Of a stretch of DNA of 64,000 bases, positions 63,976 through 64,000 are shown one piece after another. This DNA comes from Patescibacteria group bacterium (GTDB lineage: Bacteria; Patescibacteriota; Patescibacteriia; UBA10025; JAHIVO01), in assembly GCA_041660605.1 (NCBI GenBank), contig JBAZWB010000002.1, positions 170,408 to 234,407 of the forward strand. Reading direction: 5' to 3'. The position numbers and the translations under genes are program-made. Position 1 is the first letter of the stretch; each line of letters starts with the position of its first letter. A model generated the notes under the pieces. The model searched no databases and was not told the DNA's origin. It worked only from the letters and a program-made list of their open reading frames with translations.

Positions 63976-64000
63976 ATAATTAAAGCGGGAAAAGTAATCA

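Overview
This 64-kb window is AT-rich (about 40% GC) and densely coding, with almost every gene on the minus strand. The gene content points to a Candidate Phyla Radiation / Patescibacteria-like bacterium. Examples are giant Cys-rich surface proteins, a lipoprotein signal peptidase fused to another domain, a DUF559 gene, CCA-encoding tRNAs and a minimal set of redox and amino-acid metabolism genes. Three regions stand out. (1) Positions 1-16530 hold a head-to-tail array of 10 complete paralogous genes, plus one 3' remnant and one partial copy at the window edge. Every copy ends in a PEP-utilizing-enzyme phosphohistidine swivel domain with the catalytic His intact. Each carries a different alpha-helical N-terminal domain and lacks the usual ATP-grasp or TIM-barrel partner domains. 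An IS200-like HUH (histidine-hydrophobic-histidine motif) transposase is inserted in the middle of the array. (2) Positions 16674-32941 form a five-gene minus-strand cluster. It encodes a 3025-aa Cys-rich surface protein with dockerin-like and CBM-like modules, a 1060-aa polytopic membrane protein, and a 566-aa protein sharing a paralogous soluble domain with it. (3) The housekeeping stretch contains two unusual domain architectures. One is a leucyl-tRNA synthetase with a complete Ser-Asp-His alpha/beta-hydrolase domain inserted between the CP1 editing domain and the catalytic core. The other is a signal peptidase II fused to a PP2C phosphatase. The remaining features are listed below. They include rsmA, tsaC, a two-component pair, a LysM-M23 peptidase, comM, a pseudouridine synthase, gdh, an aminotransferase, trxB/trxA, a CsoR-like repressor, a TrmB regulator, a 1446-aa FG-GAP protein, tRNA-Ala(GGC), tRNA-Ala(CGC) and an aberrant tRNA-like element. 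Also listed are a DUF559 gene bracketed by ~107-bp palindrome-containing direct repeats, paired palindromic operator candidates, and a ~345-nt promoter-to-terminator unit with no ORF that is a candidate ncRNA. No CRISPR array or rRNA is present.
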